NCBI GenBank assembly: GCA_009602725.1
Contig: WELB01000004.1
Coordinates: 622,119-686,118, forward strand
Reading direction: 5' to 3'
Length of the DNA stretch: 64,000 nucleotides
Origin: Spirogloea muscicola
Lineage: Eukaryota
The position numbers and the translations under genes were made by a program. Below the pieces are notes generated by a model, which saw only the letters and a list, made by a program, of their open reading frames with translations, did not search any database and had not been told where the DNA came from. Shown here one piece after another: positions 10,780-22,853 of this stretch (its first letter is position 1; each line of letters begins with the position of its first letter).

Positions 10780-13700
10780 TCACCCAACTCTATCTTGGGT
10801 ACTGAGCTTCCCTATTGTGTTGTCTTATTTGGTGGTGTAGTCCTTTTCCAGCACCTCTTTCTTCGGCTTCAGACATTGTCCATTGTTTTTGGGCTGGCCT
10901 TGCCAGCCCTTCTATGGGCACTTCTCTATTCTGCAGCGCCAGAGAAACTGCTCTTCCGATGTGAGGCAACAAGCTGGCCACTCACAGCCATCGCCCTCTG
11001 CTTTGACGAGTTTTCTTTCCTCTTCCCGATGTAAGGCAATGGCTTAGAGAAAGTTCTCCCAAGGGGTTTTTGCCCCCTTCGGGAGTGCCACTTATCGTTT
11101 GTGACAGGTCCGAGCTAACAATGTTCGAAGGGACCGCATAGCGCTAAAAGACATGGCTAAGCAAGGAACACGTAGGTTAGGGGGGGGGGGGGGGGAAAAG
11201 GANGGGGGGGGGGGGGAGAAAAAGGGAAAAAAAAAAGGCGCGGGGTGCGCATGAAATGAAAGGGAGGCCATGTAGGATAATCATTTAGTAAGCGGTCGAC
11301 CTGGTGGCGTCTACGCCGGGCCAGTCATTGCCGACGTGGTCACCACAGATGTGGTTTGACCTCTCCAATCCGGGGGCTCTATACTTCCTGGCCTGGCCAA
11401 TCAAGCCATCTACTGGAAGAGTCTTGTCTAGTCTTCTTTCTTCCTCACTCGTACTTTACTGACTGATCCGGCCTCCCGCCTTGGAAAGAAAGAGCTCGCC
11501 CATTGAGGATAGGGGCTGGAATAGCCAGCCCCTATCCCCCTGTTTTTCCCATCGCATCCTCAGGCCCCCTTTGTAGCTGCTCCACGCTCTTAGGCCCCTT
11601 CGAACCTTTGTCAATTCTTTTGGGCTGGCTTTTCGCAGCCCTTGCCCCCATTGGGAGTACTTCTTCTCTCTTCGAAGGCTGGACATGCAGCAGCGAGCGG
11701 CGTTCGCCGCAAAGAGGGTGGCAGGCCCCCCCGTCATTTTGCCCCTTCGAACGCTCTGCATCTGCGAGCTGGCCGTGCTCTCGCTGCGGGCTCTGGCTTT
11801 CGTCAGGGTGATAGCTTCCCGGCAGCTAGTCTGTCGGATCTGAGGCTCCTCACTCGTACTTATTGAGTGATCCATCCTCCCCCTGTTTTACCATTGCATC
11901 CTCAGGCCCCTTTGTAGCTGCTCACCGCTCTTAGGCCCCTCTGAACCTTTGTGCATTCTTTTTGGGCTGGCTTTTCGCAGCCCTTGCCCCCATTGGGAGT
12001 GCCACTTCTTTCTTCGAACCTTTGTCAATTCTTTTCGGGCTGGCTTTTCACACAAAATACAGCCCCATTGGGAGAGCCACTTCTTCCCATCCGCTGTGAA
12101 AAGAGGCCAAGAACGCAGAATACCTAGGGACGAGCTCGTCCCACTGGCCCTCAATGTGCACGGGGCTTTCGGTCACCTGTTGGCCCGCTGGTTGCGCAAC
12201 GCCGTGTCCCGGCGGTGTGAGCAGGCAAAGTTCAACGTGCCGGCTCGCTAGCGCAGGTGTAGCGCATGCGCCTGTCCAAAATTCTCCAGCGGTCCGTGGC
12301 CCACGCCTTGCATCTGCGTGCATCGGCACCTCTCTTTGGCTTGGGTTATTGTCCATTCTTTTTGGGCTGGCTTTGCCAGCCACTCTTCTCTATGGGCGAG
12401 CACTTTTTCTGCGTGCTGGCCGTGCTCTAGCTGCAGTCTCTGGCTTTCATCAGGGGGATTGCTTTGCGGCTGCTAGTCTTCTGACTTGCGGCTCTCATCT
12501 AGAGGTTGCTAACTGATCATCCTACATAGTCCTTGCTAAGTCATGAGAGAGGGCCAGCCTAAAGGAATGTACAAGAAGAGAGACACTTTCTGTAGAGGCA
12601 ATAGCTGTGATTGGCCAGCCCAGAAAAAGGTTGAACAGAGATGTACAGAGAAAGAAAGAATCTCCTCCAGCAGAGGGCGATGGCTGTGCTTGGCCAGCCC
12701 AAAGCTATGAACAAGGTCTGCAAGGGCCGGTAGGCGCAAACCGCACGAAACTGCTCTCCGTGACTTCTGCCAGGGGGCGCTCGATGTCAGCAAGTGCAGA
12801 TCAGAATAGATAGAGGGCTGAAAAGCGTCATCCCGCCGAAACCTGGAGGCAGCAGCCAAGGCGCGGCCTGCCCACAAGTGCACGGCAGACGCCAAGGAAA
12901 GCTGCAGGGAGATGGCAAGGCGCAACCTGTATGCCCGAGCAAGCGACCTGGCGGCGCTCCCAGGACCAGAAAGCTGGTCGAGCTTTAGCTGGTGGCAGAA
13001 GGGCTTGTCATTTGCTGTCCGGTATTCGGGCATCAGTTAGCCACTTCGACGTGCTAAGTCGTGGTCACCGAGCGGCTCAGCTTAGCAGCAGGTGATTTAC
13101 ATCTGTTGATGTGCTTGACTTCGGCCACCCAGGCCCTCCATCACTAAATACACGGTCCATCTCCAGGCTATTAACCATCACCGTGCTTAGTGCGCACGGT
13201 CCAGGCCACTGGCTTCCGCGGCGGTGCTCCGGCTCCCAGACTTACCCTGTCGGATCTTCATGGTGTCTCATCATGGGATACTGAGAGCCCCCTTAAGCCG
13301 GTGTTTGCACCGAGTTACCTTTACCCCCCTTAGTATAGGGCTCCGCTTTGTGTAGCCCCATGCTGTGCACTAGCTTCTGCCTGAGCTGTGCAATTGGCTT
13401 GGTTTGGCCTCTCCTTTCATATTATGCGCACCGCGCGCCTTCTCGTTGACTCATCGCCCCCTTTCCATACCCTACTCGAGAACATAGCGAGTCTGGGATA
13501 TGCACGACGCGAGGATATGCTCCCAGCCCAGATGGGTATGCCGGCAGCCTATCTGTCATTTCTGCGACGTCGAGTGTCAACCTGTCTGCAACGAGCTCAG
13601 GCGTATGCTCTGCATCAGAAAGCTGGTCGAGCCTTAGCTGCTAGCACAAGAGCTAGTCAATTGCCGTCCGGTATTCGAGCGTCAGCTAGCGACCTCTATG

Positions 13701-14350
13701 TGCTGACTCGTGGTTACTGAGCGGGTCAGCTTAGCAGCAGGTGACGTACATTTGTCCAATGTGCTTGCCTTTGTACTTGGCCACACATGGTCTCCCCATC
13801 TCTTAATACACACGCATTGATTCCTTTTGGAACATCGCCCCTCTTCTATCCCTTGTTCGTTGGCTTGTGGGCTGGCTTTCCACAGCCCAAGCCCCTTAGC
13901 AAGACTGCATCTTCTCCTCATGAGCATCCAATTCCTCCCCCAACGCCTCCTCGCCACGCTTGCCTCTGCTCTCGGCCTGCTTGCCTATCTATCGCTGCAG
14001 CCTGATCCCTGCAGTCTGACTGCACGGGCTTACCTCCTTGCTGGCACTTCACTCGCCGGGGTCCACTTGGGACTTTGATCGCGCAATCGTAGTAGCCACT
14101 TGCTGCGCAGCCTAGCTCTGTCCCGCCTCTTTAGACCTTGTTCACTCTTGATTTGGTCATTCACAACCATCGCCCCCTTCTAACACCCCTCTCTTTGGGC
14201 TGAATTTACAAGATCCTCGCATGAGCTGCTTATCTCATCCAACTCCGTCCAACTCTCGTGCCCTTCGTCTGACCCCCCTATGAGGACCAAATCGTTCCCT
14301 TTTGGAAAAGAGTTGGCCATTCACAGCCGCTGCCCCTTGTTGAAGGAGCT
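10780..14350. mobile_element. Cluster of truncated CRE-like (RLE-type) non-LTR retrotransposon 3' fragments in both orientations
   Basis: ORF-tail peptides: ALHLRAGRALAAGSGFRQGD..SDLRLLTRTY* (11750-11866 +), ELVPLALNVHGAFG (about 12130 +), YRLRLAISLQ..HLWAGRALAAAS (12780-12960 -) and FLRRRVSTCLQRAQAYALHQKAGRALAA..SDLYVLTRGY* (13455-13720 +). These are interleaved with repeated GGGCTGGC..AGCCC 3'-UTR modules. Confidence 0.75.
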
Positions 14351-15469
14351 ATGCACATGCTGGCGCCTTGACACTGATATTGTTGCAGGTCGGCCAGTCA
14401 GAGTCATAGCATGATTTTGCCATCAGACTCAGCGACGAGGGACCGAAGCCTCACTGATGAGAAAGCCTAGCCATCACTCCCTAAGTAATTCTGGCATTGG
14501 ACTCATCGCAAACATGTCACTTCGACGTTGCTGTTTGTGCGCGAGCAATGCTTTGGAGGCCTCTGTGCACCGCTACGAATTTACGCCGGAGATGATGTTA
14601 TCAATTTCTCTACTTCAGGATTGCATTTTCTCATGACCACAACGTCGATGGTAAGGATCTTAAGGTCACCAACTGCCTACTTGAGGGCGCAATTTAACAA
14701 TTAGCCCATCGTTGATCAAGGCATAACACCAACTGAAATTGGCAAGTGCCCTGCATTGAAGGCCATGGCATACGTCTGGTACAAGGCGCTTGCAGCAGTC
14801 CTCTGCATCCGGGCTCGATAATCATCAGGATCTATCTCTGTCACTGTGATTATTGCTCGTCTGGCAACTGTACACACAGGAGCCCTCTTAGCGCCCCTGG
14901 CATCACGTGATCCTCGTGGAGCCTGCCTTGCAAATATCTGCCAAGCTTGCTTGGTGAAGCTCAGCATATGAAGCAGAGGGGGCTTTGACAATGCTCCTCT
15001 TTCACGCTGTGGACAGCTTACGCACCTGACAAGTCGACTGAGGCTGGCTCTGATGATGTCAACGATCAGACTGGTTACCATGACTAGACCTTGACTCGCC
15101 AAGACAAGATCAACAGCATGCTGTGAAGAAGGCCTTGCAAATGCCTTCGGACCAGGTCGCTGACTGACTGCGCCCTCTCTCAACACCAATTAATGTGTAA
15201 GAATGTCTTATTGTGTAATTATGTGTACGAATGTCTCAGTCGCTTTGTTAACAAATAATGAATGTGGCAGGGGGGGTTTATGACTGCTTGCTCGACAATC
15301 AGAGCGCCTGCGGCAGTGTCATATCCTGTGGCCACAGAATACTGTAGATTTAAAATGCCTCTGATATGTCCTTGTCTAATTGTCTAATCTAGCTGATCAG
15401 AATACCCTCCAATCTACTACCTGGTGGCAAAAACAGATGACAACAACCTCAACTACAGTCAACACCTCC

Positions 15470-18400
15470 TCAGTTTGAGAAGAGGAATCGCATGTCATCT
15501 TCAGTCAACCTGCCCAGGGCTTCCGCCGAGCCACCAACAGTCCTGCATGCCAACTCACAAGTTCCTGACATAGCTGAGCCACGGTCACTGACCAGAGCTT
15601 CGGACCACGGTCCATGAGACACAAACAGGACTTGCACCATGTCACAATTTAGCACCGCAGTAGAAGAACATACTGAGGTAGCTTGAGTGCCCCAGCAGGA
15701 GCTCAGCCAGCGGCTTTGTCATGCGAGGGCCTTAGAGCTTACCCTTCAAAAACGAGCTGCTTCTTCTCCTGCAACTTCAGTATACGCTCCTCGATGGTGT
15801 TTTCAATCACAAAGCGAGTCACCCTGCAGAGATTTTCAGCATCATCGCCAAACAAAATAGTCTATAAATCAGCTTCCACACTTATGAAATGGTACAGACA
15901 ACCTCCTCCTGCTGAGCACCATGAGGATGCATTTCGAGGAGTGCTTATGTTCTGCCTCTGACGTAAATAAGTGCATACAGCGACCTGACTTGCTCAGCTG
16001 ACCACACAAGACATGCCTTGAAGAAGCTAACAATCTCAATAGTCCTCGTCATGTCATGCAAGAACGTGACAAGATTGCTGGGTGTGAGGTCTGGTTAAGA
16101 TGTGATCCACGCTGGCCACAGTGGCTTACACAATTGGCTTGTATTGTCCCAATCGGTGTATGCGGTCCTGAGCTTGCTGCTCAACAGCAGGGTTCCACCA
16201 CGGGTCCATCAGAAATACCTGCTCAGAAAGCCATTGCTTTGTTATAGAAGGTCTCGATTTAGAATATAGGATTTACAAAGGAGCTACTCCAAGGCCAAGC
16301 AACTGGGGACAGAAAGATTGGCAGGCAAGCCTCTGCATACCATTAACTAAGAAAGTGTCTTAAGCATGACCAGAGGCTCAATATGTGCTCTACAGCGGGT
16401 CGTCGTGATTGAGCGAAGGCCTGAGACTGACCTGCGATGCTACGGTGAGGTTGAGCGCAACTCCACCTGCCTTCAGGCTCATCAAGAACACCTGCCAGAT
16501 TTCTGATGCCCAGTTAGATACTGGGACATTTTGTTGCGAGGGCACATTCAACCCTCTCCTGGACCCCTCCCTCAGCTTGTGGACCACTCACCGGTACACA
16601 TTTCATGTCATGACATGATCATTCACAGATCTCATTCTACGGTTACCACATAGTAATATGAGTTGCACCACGGTCCCAGAAATAAAAAAGAGCAAAAGGT
16701 ACGCACCTTGCAGTCTGGATCGTCTGTGAAGGCCTTGATCATGCGGTCCCTGGCCTCCATAGTCATGCTTCCGTCCAGCTTTACACACACTATGCCGACC
16801 TGGGCCAGACCGAACAGCTCCATTTAGCAACTAATAGGTGAACAGACACTCTACTGAAGTGCATTGATGTGGCGATCACAAGACGTGAGCTCACAAGGTC
16901 ACAGACGAAGAGATCACCTAAAGCTTGCACAGTGCTGCAGCATAATTTCATCCCATAGGACTGAAGCAACAGCAAGGAGCACAATACTTGATCCGTCAGG
17001 GCAAGGTGAGACTGCAAGGAGTGCCAGCAAAAGTCGAGGATCCAAAGCACCTGCTTGAGCCGGAAAGAGATGAGCTCAAGCATGGACGTGAACTGGCTGA
17101 ACACCAAGCACTTGGCTGAGGGGTCCTTCTCCATCATCACTGCAATCTCCTCCCTCTGCATGCGCCCAATGCTCTTTCAGCATGAGAAGTCAAGTGCACA
17201 AGGCCTTTTCTTCTCCAGCTGAGCAATATGCCCTATATTGAGCACACTTGTGGAGTATAGTCATGAACATCAAAGGACATTGGTAGGGATGCCTTCAACA
17301 TCACGTACAAGCGCTTCAATCTTGGTGCTGCTCTGGTACTTGCTCAAGTCGATGCGGGCAAGTATGCTCTTTGCTCGTCGCCCATAGCCGCCACCTGCCT
17401 TGGCTGGGGAGTTAGCGTACTCTGCGGATGCCCCAGAGGGGCTCGCCAAGTCCACCGTCAGAGGCTTCTGGCAAGTGGGGCATTGCGGCGCTGCAAGCAC
17501 TGCAGGCGGCCCTGCGGCAGCTCCAGCGGTCTCTGCGCTGCCGCCTGCTGCTGAGACATACTCTTGCAGGCAGGTACGACAAAACGGGTGGTCGCATGCC
17601 GTGACCTGCACAAGCCACCCACCTAACTTTGAGATGCGAGCAAGGATAAGTACTCTGGACATCACGAGGCAAAGTGTCCTGATGGTTGTCCTGCATGTCA
17701 GGCCTGTCTGGAAGCTCTCATAAGATCGACGGTCGAACTGGAAATCGCATGTCTACATCCGTCTAAGTACGCCACAGCACGTACAACTGAGTCCTCCACA
17801 GGGTCGTGACAGATGCCGCAGATGCCCGCCGAGGCTGCCCGCTGGGGCTCCTGGACAAGCGCCTGGGACGTCTGCGCGACGCCCTGGGACCCGCTCGCGC
17901 TGTGCACAACCAGGTAAGGGTGGTCCACGGCCTGCCGCAGTGTAACGATGGCACACATGTCAGCATACCACACGATGCTGCAAACTTCACTACCACAAGC
18001 ATCACGTAAGGTCTCACAAGAGCAGCGAGTCACACCTGGCGGAGGCGGATGAGAAGGTCGAAGATGTGAGCATAGTTGTTGAGAACGGTGCCCGAGTCGA
18101 CGTACGTGGCAAACTGGGACTGGCTTTGCGTGTACAGCGCCTGGTAAAAGTCCTCCTCCTTGGCGTCAAACGCGTCCTTGCGCAGGACAGTGGTGCGCGG
18201 CGGCAGCGTGAGGTCCGCCGCACGCTCCACCTTGGTGCGCCGCAGCAGCGTCTGGTCAAGCACGCGGTGCTTGAGCAGCATCATGGCGCGCCGGCCATCC
18301 GCAACGTAGCCCCACTTCTTGATCGGGTTTGCCACGTATTTGTTCCACCAGCAGAAATGGTGCAATGGTCCGTGCCCGCAGTGGTCGCATTTACGCCAAT

Positions 18401-21400
18401 CCTTGCCAAAGCTGCAGCAGCCAGCTAACCACGACCATGAGTTCCATGCATTGGTCACCTTTTTATAGCACAATTGAGGCTCCTTATCAGCCTTGTGAAT
18501 TTGCACACAGCCATGAGCTAGACCATCATTGGAACTGCTACTGGCGAAGTCAGGCTCTGCACCTCGGCTATGCAAGCTGCATGGAGAGAGCCGACGTGAA
18601 GTGAGGAGAGGCACCTGTAGTCAAGCGACTTGCAGTCGCATTTGCGGCAGAAGTAGTAAGAGTAGGGCTCAATCTGCAAGAAGCGTACGAGCGAGTACAG
18701 CTCGCCAACGCGGTTCTGCAGTGGCGTTCCGCTGAGCGCCCACTTGAACTCCGATTGGAGCGCAAAGACCGCCTTGGCCGTGCTGCAGCGCCGGTCCTTG
18801 ATGGAGTGCGCCTGGCGTGCACAGGCGGGCAGGCACACACAAGGGGCTCACATGGATGGACAGCCAGGATCTTGTCTTCACGCACAAGTACTGACGCTCC
18901 CCAGCAAGGACTTGTATACACGTTGACGTGCTGCCACCACCATGTCATGCAACAAGCAAAACTGCGAAACAAATAGATTAAACAGAGTGACTCGAGTAAC
19001 AATAGTCAATGAAGGGATGAGGTGCGGTGACCAGGTGTGCCAGCTGTACCTCGTCAAGAACAATCCTTGCCCACCGGTATGCGTGCAGCACGGAAGCGGG
19101 CCGGGCGGTGCCGGGCGAAGCCGAAGACGGCGCGGCCGCCAGCTCTGCGTCCAGCTCAGCCTCCACCACTGCGACCTCCACAGCGGCGCGCAGGTCACCG
19201 ACGCTGATGCGGCTCCCGCCTCGGCCGCCCCACCCTCTGCGGCCCCTGCCCCTGCCCCTGCCTCGCCCGCCGCCGCCGCGGCTGCTGCCTTGCCCCTTGC
19301 GCGCCGTCGCCAGCGCCTTGCCTTTGCCCTGCTTCTGGTGCTCCCCGCCGCCCTCCTCAGAGTTGCTGTCACTGCAGTCCTCCTCCTCTTCGGCGACCTC
19401 CTCCAAGGTGCCCCGCGCCGCTGACGTCCCGGCCTTGCCAAACGCCAGCGCGGCCAAGAACTTGGCGGGCCGCTTCTTCTGCGTCTTGGCCTGCCGGTCG
19501 CTGCGCTTGGCGCCGGGCCCGCAGAAGTACTTGAGGTGCAGCCGGAGGCGGTCCGGGTAGTACCGCCGGGCGCACCACCGGCAGGCCTCCTTGTCGGGCT
19601 TCACGTGCCGCCGGTACTCCGCCTCCACGATCGCGTACGTCGTCAGCACGACGTCGTAGGCTGCCAGCTCCTCCGCCGAGATGGCGCGCTTGGGGCCGTG
19701 GTACACGAGCACGCGCATGCTGCCTGGCGACGTGAAGCGCGCCACCTCCTGCCGCCACTGGATGACGGCCACCAGCGGGCAGACCACCAGCGTTGCCTTC
19801 ACCTGCGGCAGCTGGACCTCGGGAGCGGAGGGCGGCGGCGGGGACTTGGCTTGTGTTGCAGGGACTGCCACGCCCAGCTCCGCTGCGAGCAGCGCGCCAG
19901 CTGACACGCGATTGATGTCGGAAGCAGACATCCGCCGAGCTGCAGCCCGGGCAGACGGCTGCCGCACGGGAGCGCTACCAGTCACGGTGTTGTTAGGTGC
20001 CGCAGGTGGCGCGCCCAGCGCCTCAGGAGGCAGCGGCGCGACACCTGGCCAGAGGCTGCACAGGGCGTGGCCGGCAGGCCTCGAAACATGACGCCCCGCC
20101 GCGATCAGCGAGATAGCCTGCCAAGCCGAGGCGCCACAGCGGATGTCAGGGCGGGCCAGCTTCAGCGCAGGGGCTCGACCTGCCATCAATCGCAATCACG
20201 TTGTGCTTGCCTCTGCAGTGCCAGCGCAGGCTGTGGCGGCAATGCGGCGGCCGCAGAAGACGCACCTGAATCGTCTTCCCCATGCCCATCTCGTCCGCCA
20301 GAATTCCACCCTGCGGCAGCCAGCAGCAGTGCAAGCACAGCAGCAGACATTGACGTCAGACCATTGAGGAATTTTGTTCCAAAAGGCAGCACTTACTTGT
20401 CATCTCATGACAGCTTAGCTTGGACAAACAGAGTCTTTGATGGGAATGATTGCAGGCTCCTGAAGTGTGCAATAATGAAAAGCATCATGAGCAAGTTCCA
20501 TAGCACTTAACAGATGCTTAGTGCATCTGCCTCAGTGTGCCAATTGACAGGTGGCAGTCCGCCGAAGTCTGCTCAAAACACCTCACCTTGACGGGCGTGT
20601 CCTCCTGCCGGAGACTCCAGGCGAGCCACTCTTTCTGGAATGGCAGCAGCGGCATGAGCAGCTCCGGCGGCGGCTCGCGCTTGGGAAGGGGCTCCTTCCG
20701 CTGCACGAGGGCGTCGGGATCAACAGCAGCCTCCTCAGCGTTGTCGTCGTCCCCCCAGTGCCCAACGCTGCGCTCCCAGGCCTCCATGTCCTCGGGGCCA
20801 GCGAACCCCTGCAGGCACGCCTCGTCATCGCGGCTGCGTTTCCAGAGCGCCGTGGGCGCAGCGCGCCGCGGCCGCTTCTTCTGCTCAGCGCCCCGCTGCT
20901 TGCGCTTGCCCTTGCGGCCCTCGACCTCCTCTCTATCATCATCCTCTTCTGCATCGTCCTCCTCATCATCCACTTCCGTGTCCTCCGCGACCGCTTCAGA
21001 CAACGGAGTCTGCGGCGCCCCCCCCTTCCGCTGCCGGATCCGCTTCCTCCGCAGCGAGAGCGGCCGGTCCTCTATGTCATCACCCCCGCTGCTATCCGAG
21101 GTGCATGCCTCCGCGAGGCTCCTCTTGACACCACGCCGGTCCTCGTCCTCCTCGTCCTCGCTTGCAGAAGCGTCGGCCGTCGAGGCATTGTACTCGCTGC
21201 CGCTCCCGTCGTCGCCGTCTTCGGCATCATGCTCGGCGCGCTGACGGCCCTCGCCGTTCCCGATGGCGGCGGCTGCCTGGCGAGTCTGCCAGTACTGCGT
21301 CGCCGAGATGAAGCCGGCCACCACTGGCGAAGGCAGCTCCAGTTCGTCTGCATCGCCGGCACAGGCGACAGAGCAGCATCCGTCATGCCCGCTGCCGCCG

Positions 21401-21698
21401 CTGCAGTGGAAGCCGCGGCCAGCTGGCAGGACCCGCAGGCAGCGCCGATGGCCTCTCAGCTGAGGCCTGGAGGATTGCGCTGACCGCTGGATGATCCCGC
21501 CGCGGCCTCCGCGCCGTCGCCGGAGAAATGCCGCTTCACTGCCACGCGCGACGGCAAAGCGAGCATTCGTGAGAGCCGTGCTCGCGACCATGACGGCCAT
21601 CGTACTGGCGATGGCCACCATGGCAATGGCCTCAATCGACGAATTTAAGGAGCAGCGAGCCGCAGGGCCAGCCCCGCCTGGCCTGGACGCCACCAATC

Positions 21699-21733
<35 letters not shown>

Positions 21734-21741
21734 AATCTCAT
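15470..21741 (-). CDS. RAD16: RAD16-like SNF2-family helicase with RING finger (RAD5/16 subfamily); 5' exon structure uncertain
   Basis: Motifs: [47 protein letters not shown] and [43 protein letters not shown]-terminal motifs: [47 protein letters not shown] and [12 protein letters not shown]. The ATG at 21741 is a candidate only. Confidence 0.93.
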
Positions 21742-22244
21742 GGCAGCGCCGCACGGCCGACCCGCGGCCTCGCCGCGGCATGGCCACGGAGCGAGTGAGC
21801 TCACGCTTGGCCAGGCCGCGGCGCGCAGCCGCCCTCGCGAGGCGCCTCATTCTTCCGTCGGGGGGCCGCCGTCGCAAGTGCCGCCCGCAGCCGAGGGCAC
21901 GCGCGGCTGCGCCGCCGCAANGTTCCGCCACTGCCTCCCTCCCCTCTCGCCCCTCACGCGATAGAGGGCCCACTCTCGCCTGCGGCCCCCACCTTCCTCC
22001 CTCCTCCCCCTCTCCCCGCCCGCCCCTCTCACCACAGTGCGCGGCCCTTTCCCGGCGCCCTCCCGCCAAAACCCCCCCGGCCGATCCGACGGCCGCCATC
22101 GGTGCACCTCGAGCCTGCCGCATCGCAGCCTTCCGTCAGTAACCACGTGGGTGCAGCGCCAAGAGACCCGCCCCCGGTGGTTGAGCCGTGTTGCTCAAGC
22201 CAGGAGCTCCTCAGCCTGAGCGTGCTGGAATGAGGTTCGACACT

Positions 22245-22497
22245 CCATGGCCCACGCCTTGCATCTGCGAGCTGGCCGTGCTCTAGCCGCAGCCTCTGGC
22301 TTTTGTCAAGGGATTGCTTCTAGGCGGCTCACCTTTCTAATTTGCGGCTACTCACTAGAGGTCACGAAGTGATTATCTGACTTGGTCCTTGCTTAGTAAT
22401 GACTTTTAGCCCTTTCCGGCCCCTTCGGACCTTGTCAATACTTTTTGGGCTGGCTGTTCACAGCCCTCGCCTCCTTGGGGAGAGCCGCTTTCTTTCA
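22245..22497 (+). mobile_element. Solo 5'-truncated CRE-like retrotransposon 3' end
   Basis: AHALHLRAGRALAAASGFCQG tail, then a 3' UTR ending GGGCTGGCTGTTCACAGCCC..GGGGAGAGCCGCTTTCTTTC. Confidence 0.7.
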
Positions 22498-22853
22498 TAA
22501 TTGCTTGGTTTGGGATTCTTTCGACTTCGGCTTGACCTCAATTCATCCACTTGCAAGTAGTCGGAGGACGTCAGTGGACCAGGCAGCCTAATGACAGCAA
22601 GGGCGTTGCTGAGAGCCTCGCCTCCTACTCATCTCTCCTGAGACAGCTAAGCTTGCTTTACAGGTCAAGTAAATTGAGGGCGTTAGGCAGTCATAGCAAG
22701 GCGAGCTGATGAGCCTCTGCAAGCCTGTTGTGGTCGAGGAGCAAATGGGTTGGCGGCGCATGAACAGGCAGATTAGTCAAGTGCATAGCGCCACAATAAG
22801 ACGACGTGAAGGAGCAATTTGTACACCAGAGTACCCAAGCCATGGCATAGTGC

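Noticed and set aside
11533..12090. HDV-like or hammerhead ribozyme in the repeat module
   Set aside because: I could not fit the nested double-pseudoknot core or the CUGAUGA/GAAA core, and the module lies 3' of the ORF.
14716..15189. 157-aa minus-strand ORF downstream of RAD16
   Set aside because: No ATG start at the track position, no recognisable motif and no splice support; probably UTR or intergenic.
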